Origin: Deinococcus sp.
GTDB taxonomy: Bacteria; Deinococcota; Deinococci; Deinococcales; Deinococcaceae
Assembly: GCA_965261005.1 (NCBI GenBank)
Contig: OZ253375.1
Location: forward strand, 640,001 to 704,000
Reading direction: 5' to 3'
Length of the DNA stretch: 64,000 nt
Positions 12,546 to 23,500 of the stretch are shown here, in pieces (the stretch's first letter is position 1; every line of letters starts with the position of its first letter). The translations under genes were made by a program, and so were the position numbers. The notes beneath the pieces were generated by a model. The model worked only from the letters and a program-made list of their open reading frames with translations, made no database searches and had not been told where the DNA came from.

Positions 12546-13406
12546 TTGACGCCCAAAGGTCGGCGTGAACGTGCCGTCCTGCCCCCCATTCCGGCGGTGC
12601 TGCTCTCCATGCTCTCGATTCAGGGCGGGGCGGCGCTGGCGAAGTCGCTGTTCGGCGCGGTGGGCTTTGGGGGCACCTCGGCGCTGCGCATCGGCTTCGC
12701 GGCGCTGATTTTGCTGGCGGTGTGGCGCCCAGGGCTGCGCGCCTACACCCGCGCCCAGCTCGGCACCGCGCTGCTGTTCGGTTTCGCGCTGGGTTTGATG
12801 AACCTCTGCTTTTACGCCGCCATCGCGCGCATTCCGCTCGGCCTGGCCGTCACGCTGGAGTTCGTGGGGCCGCTGGCGGTGGCGGTCCTTTCCTCGAAGC
12901 GTGCGGCCGACTTGCTGTGGGCGCTGCTGGCGGCCGGCGGCATCCTCCTCATCTCGCCGCTCAACCCGGCCAGCACCCTCGATGCCGTGGGCATGGGGCT
13001 GGCGCTGCTGGCCGGCGGCTTTTGGGCCGCCTACATCGTGTTGGGGGGGCGGATGGGCCGGGCGTTCTCGGGCGGCCAGGGCCTCGCGCTCGGCATGTTG
13101 GTGGCCGCCCTGGTCGCCCTGCCCGTCGGCGTCCTTCAGGCCGGCGCGGCGCTGATTGCTCCTAAAGTGCTGCTGCTCGGCCTCGGCGTGGCCGTCCTCT
13201 CCTCCGCCCTGCCCTACTCGCTGGAGATGACCGCCCTGCGCCGCCTACCCGCCCAGACCTTCAGCATCCTGATGAGCTTAGAGCCGGCCGTGGCCGCCAC
13301 GATGGGCTTCATGTTTCTGGGCGAGACGCTGGGCGCGCGGCAGCTGACCGCGATGGCCCTGGTGACCCTTGCGAGCGTCGGGGCCAGCTGGGGAGCGAGG
13401 AAGTGA
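12546..13406 (+). CDS. EamA/DMT transporter, RhtA-like
   Basis: SIQGGAALAK, RIPLGLAVTLEFVGPL, PYSLEMTALRRL, MSLEPAVA; about 10 TM helices. Confidence 0.9.
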   Translation: MTPKGRRERAVLPPIPAVLLSMLSIQGGAALAKSLFGAVGFGGTSALRIGFAALILLAVWRPGLRAYTRAQLGTALLFGFALGLMNLCFYAAIARIPLGLAVTLEFVGPLAVAVLSSKRAADLLWALLAAGGILLISPLNPASTLDAVGMGLALLAGGFWAAYIVLGGRMGRAFSGGQGLALGMLVAALVALPVGVLQAGAALIAPKVLLLGLGVAVLSSALPYSLEMTALRRLPAQTFSILMSLEPAVAATMGFMFLGETLGARQLTAMALVTLASVGASWGARK

Positions 13407-13410
13407 GCGC

Positions 13411-15582
13411 TCAGACTTCGTGCAAGCTCGCGTGCACCACGCGCAGCTCGTCGTAGCCGTAGCGGTCGTCCAGCGCCTCGCGCAGCGGCTTCAGCTTGCC
13501 CCTCAGGTCATTCGGCAGCATGTGGTAGGCGCCCTCGATGCGGCCCAGGTCGGCGTCCGTCAGGCCGGTCGCCTCCTGGGCGGTCAGCTCGCCGGCCCGC
13601 ACCAAGTCGGCCAGGTGGCCGCTGACGGTGGTGGTCTTCAGGCTGCGCCGCGCGGCGATCTCGGGCACGGAGAGGCCCGCACGCAGCAGGTCGAGGGTGG
13701 CCGTGGCGGTGTCCTCTTTGGAGGCTGTGGGGTGTGGGATGTGGGGCGTGGGGCGCGGCCCCTCCGGGGCGTGACCTGCCAAAACCTTCAAAAAGCGCTC
13801 GCCGTAGCGGGCCAGCTTCCCTTGGCCCACGCCGCTGACGTTGCCCAGCGCCCCCAAGGTTTGCGGGCGCCCCTCGGCCATCGCCTTGAGGGTGGCGTCG
13901 TGGAAGATCACGTAGGGCGGCACGCCCTGCTCGCGCGCCAGCTCCAAGCGCAGGGCGCGCAGCTCGCCGAAGAGGCCCTCGTCCTGCGGGGCGAGCGGCG
14001 CGGCGCTGGGGCGGCGGCTTTGTCTGCCACTTCCCTGACCCGGGCGGTCCTCGTCTTGGCGCAGCTGGAGGGTTTCCTCGCCCTTTAAGAGGGGCCGCGC
14101 CCTGGGCGTCACCATCAGCGAGCCGTGGCCCGCCGGGTCGGTCTCCAGGTAACCCAGCGCCACCAATTGCCGCGTCACCGAGCGCCAACGCTTGTCGGAA
14201 AGGTCCGTTCCCACGCCGAAGACGCTCAATTGGTCGTGGCCCAGGGCGCTGATCCGCCCGCCCGCCTTGCCGAGCAACACCTCGATCAGGTGGCCGGCCC
14301 CGAAGCGGTTGCCGGTGCGCACCGCCGCCGACAGCAGCTTTTGGGCGGCCACGGTGGCGTCCCAGGTCTGGGCCGGGCTGAGGCAGGTGTCGCAGTTGCC
14401 GCAGGGCTGAGAATACTCTTCGCCGAAATAGCGCAGCAAGGCTTGGCGCCGGCAACCCGCCGTCTCAGCGTAGGCCAGCAGGGCGTCGAGCTTCTGGCCC
14501 TCCACGCGCCGCACCGCCTCTGGGGCGGCGCTGCCCGCCAGCATGCGCCTCATGGCGACCACGTCGGACAGGCCGTAGGTCATCAAGGCGGTGGCGGGCA
14601 AACCGTCGCGCCCGGCGCGGCCGGTCTCTTGGTAGTAGCCCTCCAAGCTCTTGGGCAGGTCGAGATGCGCCACGAAGCGCACGCCCGGCTTGTCGATGCC
14701 CATGCCAAAGGCGACCGTGGCGGCCATCACCACGCCCTCCTCGCGCAGAAATCGTTCCTGGTGGCGGGCACGCATCTCCTGGGACAGCCCGGCGTGATAG
14801 GGCAAGGCCTCCACCCCCTGCGCCGAGAGCCACGCCGCCGCCGCCTCCACCGACTTGCGCGACAGGCAGTACACGATGCCCGCGTCGCCGGGATGTTCGG
14901 CCCGGATGAAGTCGAGCAGTTGCCGCAGCGCGTTCTCCTTTTGCACCACCCGGTACTGGATGTTGGGCCGGTCGAAACTGGAGATGAACTGCTCGGCGCC
15001 CTCTAAGTGCAGCTTCTCGACCATCTCGCGGCGGGTCGCGTCGTCGGCGGTGGCGGTCAGGGCGATTCTGGGAACAAAGGGGTAGCGCTCCGCCAGCACG
15101 GCCAACTGCAAATACTCGGGCCGGAAGTCGTGGCCCCATTGGGAGACGCAGTGCGCCTCGTCGATGGCGAACAGGGCCAGCTTGGCGCGGCCCAGCAACC
15201 CCAGAAAGCGCTCGGTCATCAGCCGCTCGGGCGCCACGTACAGCAGATCGAGGTCGCCGCGCAACAGTTGCCCCTCCACCTCGCCGGCCTCCTGGGCGCC
15301 CAAGCTGGAGTTGAGGTAGGCGGCCCGCACCCCGAGCTGCCGCAGGGCGTCCACCTGGTCCTTCATCAGGGCGATCAGCGGTGAGACCACAATCGCCACA
15401 CCGCCGCGCAGCAGGGCCGGCACCTGATAGCACAAGCTCTTGCCGCCGCCGGTGGGCATCAGCACCAGGGCGTCGCCGCCGGTCGCCACCCGCCGCACAA
15501 TCTGCTCCTGCTGGCCGCGAAAGGCGTCGTAGCCGAAGACGGTCTTCAGGACGGACAGGGCGCTGGGGGCGGTTTGGGTCAC
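13411..15582 (-). CDS. recQ: DNA helicase RecQ (helicase, RQC, one HRDC, C-terminal HTH)
   Basis: MPTGGGKSLCYQ, DEAHCVSQWGHDFRPEY, QETGRAGRDG, CGNCDTC, PPYVIFHDATL. Confidence 0.97.
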   Translation of the reverse strand: MTQTAPSALSVLKTVFGYDAFRGQQEQIVRRVATGGDALVLMPTGGGKSLCYQVPALLRGGVAIVVSPLIALMKDQVDALRQLGVRAAYLNSSLGAQEAGEVEGQLLRGDLDLLYVAPERLMTERFLGLLGRAKLALFAIDEAHCVSQWGHDFRPEYLQLAVLAERYPFVPRIALTATADDATRREMVEKLHLEGAEQFISSFDRPNIQYRVVQKENALRQLLDFIRAEHPGDAGIVYCLSRKSVEAAAAWLSAQGVEALPYHAGLSQEMRARHQERFLREEGVVMAATVAFGMGIDKPGVRFVAHLDLPKSLEGYYQETGRAGRDGLPATALMTYGLSDVVAMRRMLAGSAAPEAVRRVEGQKLDALLAYAETAGCRRQALLRYFGEEYSQPCGNCDTCLSPAQTWDATVAAQKLLSAAVRTGNRFGAGHLIEVLLGKAGGRISALGHDQLSVFGVGTDLSDKRWRSVTRQLVALGYLETDPAGHGSLMVTPRARPLLKGEETLQLRQDEDRPGQGSGRQSRRPSAAPLAPQDEGLFGELRALRLELAREQGVPPYVIFHDATLKAMAEGRPQTLGALGNVSGVGQGKLARYGERFLKVLAGHAPEGPRPTPHIPHPTASKEDTATATLDLLRAGLSVPEIAARRSLKTTTVSGHLADLVRAGELTAQEATGLTDADLGRIEGAYHMLPNDLRGKLKPLREALDDRYGYDELRVVHASLHEV

Positions 15583-15597
15583 CGGCTCAGTCTGCCA

Positions 15598-15614
15598 TTT
15601 TGCCCAGAACAGAA
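15598..15614. promoter_or_regulatory. RDRM (DdrO-binding radiation/desiccation response motif) before recQ
   Basis: TTTTGCCCAGAACAGAA deviates at one position from the 17-bp consensus TT(A/C)(T/C)G(T/C)NN(T/A)N(A/G)(A/G)C(G/A)(T/G)AA as I recall it; ends just upstream of the recQ -10 and start. Confidence 0.75.
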
Positions 15615-15635
15615 CAAGCGAGCTTGCGGTTCAGC

Positions 15636-16778
15636 TCACCCCAGCGCCCGCCAAGCCGCGCTCACGCCCGCGCCGCGCTCAAAAGACGCGCCCAGACTGC
15701 CCAGGGCGTCCTCCAACAGGCCCGCCGCCGCCAGGGCGTCGTAGCGGTCGAAGTAGCCCATCAGGGAGACCCGGAAGAGGGCGTCCGCGTGCGGCGCCTG
15801 CCCGGCGGCGGCTTGGGCGCCCAGGGCGCGCAGGGCGGCGGCGACGGCCTTGCCGCCGAGGCCGCTTGGCGGCGCCAGGGCCGCGACCGAGGGGCTGGGG
15901 CGCGCCGCGAAGGGGTGGCAGCCCAGCGCCGCGCCGGCCGCCAGCAGGGCATTGTTCAGCCGCTTCTTTTCGGCCCACAGCGTTTCCAGCGGCACGCTCA
16001 AGAGGCGCCCCATGCTGACGTTCAGGGCGGCGATCAGGTTGAGGGCGGGCGTTTGGGCCGTCTCGCCCGCGCGCTGACTCTTGAGTTCCTTGGCGAGGTC
16101 GAAGTAGTAGCGGCGCGGGTTTCCGCCGAGGCGCCCGGCCGCCCCCGGCGACAGGAAGACGAAGCCCAGCCCCGGCGGCCCGGCCACCCCCTTTTGTGAG
16201 CCGGAGATCACCGCGTCCAGCCCCCACGCGTCCGGGCGCAGCTCGGCGACGGCGTAGCTGGTCACGGCGTCCACCAGGATCAGCACCTCGGGGTTCACCG
16301 CCTTCGCGGCGAGCGCGATGCCCGCCAGATCGTGTAGCGTCCCCGTGCTGGTCTCGGAGTGGGTGATCAGCAGGGCCGCTTGGCCCCGGCAGGCGGCGGC
16401 CACCTCCTGCGGACCCAGCGCCTCACCCCAAGGACGCGTCAGCCGCGTCACGTTGTAGCCGAGCGCCCCGGCCATGTCCCCCCAACGCTCGCCGAACTTG
16501 CCCGCGCTGGCGGCCAGCAGCGGGGCGCCTTCCGGCACCAGCCCCAACAGCGCGGCCTCGAAGGCGCCGGTGCCGCTGGAGGTCGTGATGACTGTTTCCC
16601 AGCTTGGCGCCCCCAACAGGGCGCCCAGACGCTCGCGCGCTGCCAGCACCACCGCACGCGCCTCGGGGGTGCGGTGGTGCAGCTGCGGCGCGGCCAGGGC
16701 CAGCATGGTCCTCGGGTCGGTCTCGACCGGGCCGGGGGCCAAGAGGCGCGGGCGGTTGAGCGGGGTGAAGTCGGCCAT
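15636..16778 (-). CDS. Class V PLP aminotransferase (alanine-glyoxylate/serine-pyruvate family)
   Basis: [36 protein letters not shown]. Confidence 0.92.
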   Translation of the reverse strand: MADFTPLNRPRLLAPGPVETDPRTMLALAAPQLHHRTPEARAVVLAARERLGALLGAPSWETVITTSSGTGAFEAALLGLVPEGAPLLAASAGKFGERWGDMAGALGYNVTRLTRPWGEALGPQEVAAACRGQAALLITHSETSTGTLHDLAGIALAAKAVNPEVLILVDAVTSYAVAELRPDAWGLDAVISGSQKGVAGPPGLGFVFLSPGAAGRLGGNPRRYYFDLAKELKSQRAGETAQTPALNLIAALNVSMGRLLSVPLETLWAEKKRLNNALLAAGAALGCHPFAARPSPSVAALAPPSGLGGKAVAAALRALGAQAAAGQAPHADALFRVSLMGYFDRYDALAAAGLLEDALGSLGASFERGAGVSAAWRALG

Positions 16779-16809
16779 GCGTTATGGTAGCCGCCGCGCC
16801 GCCCGTGGG

Positions 16810-17083
16810 CTAGCGCTGCCCGTACACCGTGGTATAGCGGTCGTAGAGCCGGTCGATGTCTTCCTGGGCGAGGGGCCGCACGTCGCCGAGCTGATGGGCC
16901 AAAAACACCGTGCGGGCCACGTCCTCGCACATCACGGCGGCCTTGAGGGCGGCCCTTGGGCTGGCGCCGATGGGGGCGAAGCCGCCGCAGGGAACCGGAC
17001 CGCCGAACTCGTCGGCCATCGCGGTCAGGACGCAGGGAATCTCGCGGCCGACGGCCGCCCAAGCGGTCGCGTAGGTGCTGTGA
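16810..17083 (-). pseudogene. araD: Remnant of L-ribulose-5-phosphate 4-epimerase (class II aldolase)
   Basis: HSTYATAWAA...IPCVLTAMADEFGG...KAAVMCEDVART...LYDRYTTVYGQ is the AraD C-terminal half. The N-terminal half and the internal NHG-containing segment are absent. Confidence 0.8.
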
Positions 17084-17173
17084 ACGCGATTTGACGGCCC
17101 TTCACCCAACCTTTAAAATCGGGGCGTTTCATACGTCCGTCGTGCAAGTTTGGCAAGTCTTTCAGGAGGAACG

Positions 17174-19036
17174 GTGACGCACTCGACCCACCCCGACCCA
17201 CTTTTGGAGCGCGCCCAGTGGCGCTCCCTTGACGGCCCCTGGGCCTTCGCCTACGACGACGTCGCGCAGTGGACCCATCCGCACGACGTCAGCTTTGACC
17301 GCCAGATTATGGTGCCCTACCCGCCCGAAAGCGCGGCCAGCGGCATTCACGACGAGAGCTTTCACCCGGTCGTGTGGTACGCCCGCACGGTGGAGCTGAC
17401 AGAGGAGGAGCGCCCGGTGCGCGGCGAGCGGCGGCTGCTGCTGCACTTTGGCGCCGTGGACTACCGCGCCGAGGTGTGGGTGAACGGCGTGCGCGTCGCG
17501 GGGCACGAGGGCGGGCACACGCCCTTTGTCGCCGACGTGACGGGGGCGGTGCAGGGCGCGACCACGCTGGAGATCGCCCTGCGCGCCGAGGACGACCCGC
17601 AGGACTTCGCCCAGCCGCGCGGCAAGCAGGATTGGCGCCGCGAGCCGCACGAGATTTGGTATCCGCGCACCAGCGGCATTTGGCAGACGGTCTGGCTGGA
17701 GGTCGTGCCTGAGACGCGGGTCGGCCGCCTGACCTGGACGCCCCACTTGGAGCAGTGGGAGATCGGACTGGACGTGAAGCTCGCGGGCGCGCACCGCCCC
17801 GGCCTCGCGCTGCGCGTGGAGCTGCGTGAAGGCGGCGAGCTGCTCGCCAGCGACCGCTACGCCATCACCGGCAACGAGGTGGCGCGCCGCGTCGCCCTGC
17901 CCGACCCCGGCATTGATGACCACCGCAACGAGCTGCTGTGGAGTCCGAACCACCCGACCCTGATCGGCGCGACGGTCGAGCTGCTCGACGGCGAGCGCGT
18001 GCTCGACAAGGTGAGCAGCTACACCGCCCTGCGCTCGGTGGGGCACGACGGCCGGCGCTTTCTGCTGAACGGGCACAGCTTCTATCCCAAAATGGTCCTC
18101 GACCAAGGCTACTGGCCGGACTCGCTGCTGGCCGCGACCGACGAGCAGCTGCGGCGCGACGTCGAGCTGACCAAGCGGCTCGGCTTCAACGGCGCGCGCA
18201 AGCACCAAAAGATCGAAAGTCCCCGCTGGCTGTATTGGTGCGACGTGCTGGGCCTGCTGGTGTGGGAGGAGATGCCCTCCACCTACCGCTTTACCGGGGA
18301 CTCGGTGGGGCGCTTGACGCGGGAATGGACCGAGGCCATCGAGCGCGACCGCTCGCACCCCTGCATCGTGGCGTGGGTCCCCTTCAACGAGTCGTGGGGC
18401 GTGCCCGACTTGCCGAGCAACCCGGCGCACCGCGACCTCGTGCGCGCCCTCTACCACCTCACCAAAACGCTCGACCCGACCCGGCTGGTCATCGGCAACG
18501 ACGGTTGGGAGCACGTCGCCACCGACATTCTCGGTATTCACGACTACACCCACAAGCCAGAAAAACTGCTGGAGCGCTACGGCAACGAGGACGCCACCGC
18601 CCGCACCCTGAGCCGCCCGTGGGGCCGCACCCTGGTCTTGGCGGGAGAGCGAGACGCCGGGTTGCCGGTGATGCTCACCGAGTTCGGCGGCGTCGCCTTC
18701 GCGCCGGACGAGGCGCGCGGCTGGGGCTACCAGCGCAGCGCGGACAGTGGCGAATTTCTGGCGAGCTATCAAGCGCTCCTGGGCGCCGTTCACGAGTGTG
18801 AGGGCCTGTCCGGCCTTTGCTACACCCAGCTGACCGACACCTTTCAGGAAAAGAACGGCCTGCTGTACGAGGACCGCACGCCCAAGGCCGACCTCGCGGC
18901 CCTCGCGCAGGCCACGAGCGGCGAGCGCTACAGCTGGGAAGTGGACCGCGACCCCAACCCCGACCCCCTCGGCTACGCCAAACGCTGGCGCGAAAGGCAA
19001 CGGGAGCGCGAAGGGCGCCGAGAAGAGTTGGCCTGA
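17174..19036 (+). CDS. Glycoside hydrolase family 2
   Basis: [67 protein letters not shown] before GTG 17174. Confidence 0.92.
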   Translation: MTHSTHPDPLLERAQWRSLDGPWAFAYDDVAQWTHPHDVSFDRQIMVPYPPESAASGIHDESFHPVVWYARTVELTEEERPVRGERRLLLHFGAVDYRAEVWVNGVRVAGHEGGHTPFVADVTGAVQGATTLEIALRAEDDPQDFAQPRGKQDWRREPHEIWYPRTSGIWQTVWLEVVPETRVGRLTWTPHLEQWEIGLDVKLAGAHRPGLALRVELREGGELLASDRYAITGNEVARRVALPDPGIDDHRNELLWSPNHPTLIGATVELLDGERVLDKVSSYTALRSVGHDGRRFLLNGHSFYPKMVLDQGYWPDSLLAATDEQLRRDVELTKRLGFNGARKHQKIESPRWLYWCDVLGLLVWEEMPSTYRFTGDSVGRLTREWTEAIERDRSHPCIVAWVPFNESWGVPDLPSNPAHRDLVRALYHLTKTLDPTRLVIGNDGWEHVATDILGIHDYTHKPEKLLERYGNEDATARTLSRPWGRTLVLAGERDAGLPVMLTEFGGVAFAPDEARGWGYQRSADSGEFLASYQALLGAVHECEGLSGLCYTQLTDTFQEKNGLLYEDRTPKADLAALAQATSGERYSWEVDRDPNPDPLGYAKRWRERQREREGRREELA

Positions 19037-19169
19037 GCGGAGACCTTCTCCCCCGCTTTCCCGTGACCGGCTCACCGCCTTTGCACCAAGAGATTTTTGT
19101 TCGGGCGGCCGTGACCCGATACCGAATCCAGCGATTCACAGCAGCTCACCGCTCCAGCCGCACAACGTG

Positions 19170-19229
19170 CCGAGCGCAGCGAAAAGCCCCCCTGCCCCCA
19201 AAGGGGGCAGGGGGGTTGGGGGGTGGGGG
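19170..19229. repeat. Intergenic repeat module: degenerate shared core plus G/C-run hairpin
   Basis: CCGAGCGCAGCGAAAAG (reverse copy of the core, 13/17) then CCCCCTGCCCCC-AAA-GGGGGCAGGGGG and more G runs. Confidence 0.55.
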
Positions 19230-19250
19230 CCACCCGGAAGCCCGACCCGC

Positions 19251-19991
19251 TCAACCCTCAGCCAAAAACTCCCCCGTCCGGCTATACAGCTCACGCACCG
19301 CCTCCAGGCTGTCGAAGGTGTGGTTGGCGCCGGCAATTGGCACCAGCTCGGCGCCCAGGGCGTCCGCGTACTGCTGGCCCACGGCCAGGGGCACGGCGGC
19401 GTCCTCGGCGCCGTGAAAGACCCGCGCCGGTCCCCGGTAGCGAAGGGCGGTGCCCAGCGGGTCGAGGCCCGGCAGCTCCTCCACGAAGGGGCGCCCCAGC
19501 GGCCAGCCGTTCACATCTATCACCTCCGACAGCACGCGGGCGTCCGGCATGTTCTGGAGCCACAGCTCGGGCAGGGCGGGCGCCCACAGGGTGAGCTTGG
19601 CGGGCGCGAGGTCGGCGGCGCTCAGGGCCGCGACCATGCCGCCCATCGAGAAGCCCAGCAGGCTGACGCTCCCCGGGTCAATGCCGTCCTGCGCGCGCAG
19701 CCAGGCGAAGGCGGCGTGGACGTCCTCGATTTCGCGCGAGACGGTCATCTCCGAGAAGTCCCCCTGCGAAGCTCCGCTGCCGCGAAAGTCGAAGCGCAAG
19801 CTGGCGACGCCCAGGGTCATCAGGTGCCGCGACAGCAGCGGCAGCAGCCGGTGGTCGCCCGCCGTGTTGCCGGTGTAGCCGTGCAGGAGGACGACGCTGG
19901 GAAAGCCGCTCGGCGGCCGTTTGGTGTCCGGCAAATGCAGCATCCCGTACACGTCCTGGCCACCGACGCTGAAGCGGGCGAAAGTTTCCAT
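19251..19991 (-). CDS. Alpha/beta hydrolase
   Basis: LHGYTG, RFDFRGSGAS, GFSMGG nucleophile elbow, HGAED, GANHTF. Confidence 0.92.
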   Translation of the reverse strand: METFARFSVGGQDVYGMLHLPDTKRPPSGFPSVVLLHGYTGNTAGDHRLLPLLSRHLMTLGVASLRFDFRGSGASQGDFSEMTVSREIEDVHAAFAWLRAQDGIDPGSVSLLGFSMGGMVAALSAADLAPAKLTLWAPALPELWLQNMPDARVLSEVIDVNGWPLGRPFVEELPGLDPLGTALRYRGPARVFHGAEDAAVPLAVGQQYADALGAELVPIAGANHTFDSLEAVRELYSRTGEFLAEG

Positions 19992-20000
19992 GCGAGAAGT

Positions 20001-20032
20001 CTAAGGCGTCAGCCGATGCCTGTTCCGCGAAT
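20001..20032 (-). repeat. Degenerate duplicate of the aspS2 3' end
   Basis: 24/32 identical to 20875-20906; reads RNRHRLTP* versus aspS2 RDRNRLTP*. Confidence 0.8.
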
Positions 20033-20138
20033 TTGAAGCCCGCCACGCTCGCAGTGTCGAGGGTACATGAAGCTGTGCGCGGATCGGTGGTGGTGAGACA
20101 GCTTTCTGTCTTTTCTGGACCTGCTGCTAAGCTCAGAC

Positions 20139-20390
20139 ATGCAAACCACCTTGCGCCTGAATGACGAACTTTACCGCCGTGCCAAAGCGGAGGCGGCCCG
20201 GCGAGGTATCACCTTGACGCGGCTGATCGAGGAAGGGATTCGGCTGCGGCTGGCCCGGTCTTTCACGTCGCCAGAAGACATCAAGCTGCACACCTACAGT
20301 TCCGGGGTGCCATTCGACCTGACGCCCGAGGACATTAAACGGCTCAGTCAGGAAACGGATGTTCCGCCTCCACAGGACTTGCAGCCTTGA
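20139..20390 (+). CDS. vapB: VapB-type antitoxin (ribbon-helix-helix)
   Basis: MQTTLRLNDELYRRAKAEAARRGITLTRLIEEGIR; stop overlaps the PIN gene start (TTGA). Confidence 0.85.
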   Translation: MQTTLRLNDELYRRAKAEAARRGITLTRLIEEGIRLRLARSFTSPEDIKLHTYSSGVPFDLTPEDIKRLSQETDVPPPQDLQP

Positions 20391-20815
20391 GTTTTCTGCT
20401 GGACACCAATACCCTGATTTACGCGTTCCAGGCAGACGCCCCAACGCACGCCGTGACCCTCCGCTGGCTGAAACGCACCTTGGCGGCGGGTGAGCTGGTG
20501 TACACCTGCGAGCTGAACGAGGTGGCTCTTGTGCGCATCACGTCTTTTCCCCGCCTTGGTCCCCGGGCCGCCCCTCCTGAACAGGCTTTCCAGTTTCTGA
20601 GCGATCTGCACGCCCTGTCCAACGTGGGACACGCAGAATTGGGCGTCGCGGGACTCGCGCTTTGGCGGCGCCTGACCGTGGACCTGAACTTGCACGGCAA
20701 CGACATCAACGACACCTACCTTGCCGCCCTCGCCCTGACCCACGACCTTACGCTGGTGACGGCCGACCGGGGCTTCACGCGCTTTTCAGGGCTACGGGTC
20801 TTGACGCCGGGGTGA
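20387..20815 (+). CDS. vapC: VapC PIN-domain toxin
   Basis: FLLDTNTLIY, GNDINDTYLAALA, LVTADRGF. Confidence 0.92.
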   Translation: MSFLLDTNTLIYAFQADAPTHAVTLRWLKRTLAAGELVYTCELNEVALVRITSFPRLGPRAAPPEQAFQFLSDLHALSNVGHAELGVAGLALWRRLTVDLNLHGNDINDTYLAALALTHDLTLVTADRGFTRFSGLRVLTPG

Positions 20816-20874
20816 GCCACATCCGCAATGGGCAGGGCCGCGCGAACGCCCCCAAGTCCACGCCGGTGAGGACT

Positions 20875-22167
<1,293 letters not shown>

Positions 22168-22174
22168 CTTCTCC

Positions 22175-22206
22175 AAAAAAGCGCCCCCGACCTCGGCCGG
22201 GGGCGT
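22175..22206 (-). terminator. Attenuator terminator upstream of aspS2
   Basis: Minus strand CGCCCCCGGC-CGAG-GTCGGGGGCG-C-TTTTTT, directly before the aspS2 RBS. Confidence 0.88.
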
Positions 22207-22232
22207 GCTGTCGCAAAACGAACCAGCCGCCC

Positions 22233-22268
22233 CTAAGGGCGGTTATCGTCGTTGGCGAGCGGGCGCAT
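22233..22268 (-). CDS. Putative aspS2 leader peptide MRPLANDDNRP
   Basis: ATG CGC CCG CTC GCC AAC GAC GAT AAC CGC CCT TAG; TACACT -10 7 nt before the ATG; Asn-Asp-Asp-Asn run; alternative hairpins downstream. Confidence 0.85.
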   Translation of the reverse strand: MRPLANDDNRP

Positions 22269-22310
22269 CTCGGGAAGTGTAACACGGGCGCCGCACGCTA
22301 TAAACAGCAC

Positions 22311-23369
22311 ATGGAAGACGAACGGCAACTGGCCGAGATGCTGGCGCGCGAGGCGGGGCAACTGCTGCTCAGTTACGCGCGGCAAGGGGTGACGCCCGAA
22401 CTGTTGGGCCTGGAGGAAAAGACGCCCGGCGACCCCGTGACCGCCGCCGACCGCGAGGCGGGTGAGCTGATCGTGGCGGGCCTCGCGCGGGCCTTTCCAG
22501 GGGACGGCATCCTCAGCGAGGAGGCGGTAGACAATCCCGAGCGCCTGACGCGGGGACGGGTCTGGATCGTGGACCCGATTGACGGCACCAAGGAGTTCGT
22601 GAAGGGCAGCGGCGACTACGCCGTGTCCATCGGCCTGGCGGTGGGCGGCGAGCCGGTGCTGGGCGTGGTGCTGGCCCCGGCGCGCGGCGACCTCTACCTG
22701 GGCGTGGTGGGCGAGGGGGTCTGGAAGAACGGCGAGCCGGTCGGCTTTTCAGACAGGTCCCTGGAGCAAGCCGTCATCGCGGTGTCCGACACCGAGCACG
22801 CCCGCGAGCTGTCGGCCTACCCCGTCGCGGGCCTGGCGCCCAGCGGTTCGATCGCCTACAAGCTGGCCCGAATCGCGGCGGGCGAGGCGGACGCCACCTT
22901 CACCATCAACCCCAGAAGCGAGTGGGACGTCGCGGCGGGCCACGCCCTGCTGCGCGCGGCGGGGGGCGATTTGACGACGCGAGATGGCGGGGCGATTCAT
23001 TACAACCAGCCGGACCTGGCGGGGCGGCGCGGTTTGATCGGCGGGCGACCGGACGTGGTGGCTTGGCTGGCGGCGGAGCTGGAGCGGGTGGGGATGCCCG
23101 AGCAGCAGCTCTTTTTGAATGAGGGGGACGAGGTGTGGTCGTTTCTAGCCGATCAGGACCGAGCCGAGTTGGCCGGACACCCCGACCTGCACGTTCGCCA
23201 CGCGGGGGGGCAGATTGAGGCCCTGATCGCGCTCGAACGGGGGGCCGGCGGCTGGCGGGTCGTCCGCGCCGAGGGGCGTGACTTCGCGCTGCGGACCCTG
23301 CGTCAAGACTTGCAGCGTACCTACGGGCCGCTGCCGGGGGTGCCTGATCGCGGCACTCCGTTCCATTGA
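22311..23369 (+). CDS. Inositol monophosphatase / CysQ family with C-terminal extension
   Basis: DPVTAAD, ILSEE, WIVDPIDGTKEF, EWDVAAG. Confidence 0.9.
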   Translation: MEDERQLAEMLAREAGQLLLSYARQGVTPELLGLEEKTPGDPVTAADREAGELIVAGLARAFPGDGILSEEAVDNPERLTRGRVWIVDPIDGTKEFVKGSGDYAVSIGLAVGGEPVLGVVLAPARGDLYLGVVGEGVWKNGEPVGFSDRSLEQAVIAVSDTEHARELSAYPVAGLAPSGSIAYKLARIAAGEADATFTINPRSEWDVAAGHALLRAAGGDLTTRDGGAIHYNQPDLAGRRGLIGGRPDVVAWLAAELERVGMPEQQLFLNEGDEVWSFLADQDRAELAGHPDLHVRHAGGQIEALIALERGAGGWRVVRAEGRDFALRTLRQDLQRTYGPLPGVPDRGTPFH

Positions 23370-23475
23370 TGGACGAAGAACGCGTTCATCAACTTCACTC
23401 CGGCCGCTCTCTTTGTCGGTACTCACTCCGTTTGGGTCAGGGCGGCTGAGGTGCAGTTCCTTAGCCGCCCTGACC
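23340..23475. repeat. SNR/SRE-like repeat module
   Basis: Core GTACTCACTCCGTTTGG (23419-23435) then hairpin GGTCAGGGCGGCTGAGG...CCTTAGCCGCCCTGACC. Left boundary is approximate. Confidence 0.55.
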
Positions 23476-23500
23476 ACCGAGGTAGGCTACACTCGGACGC

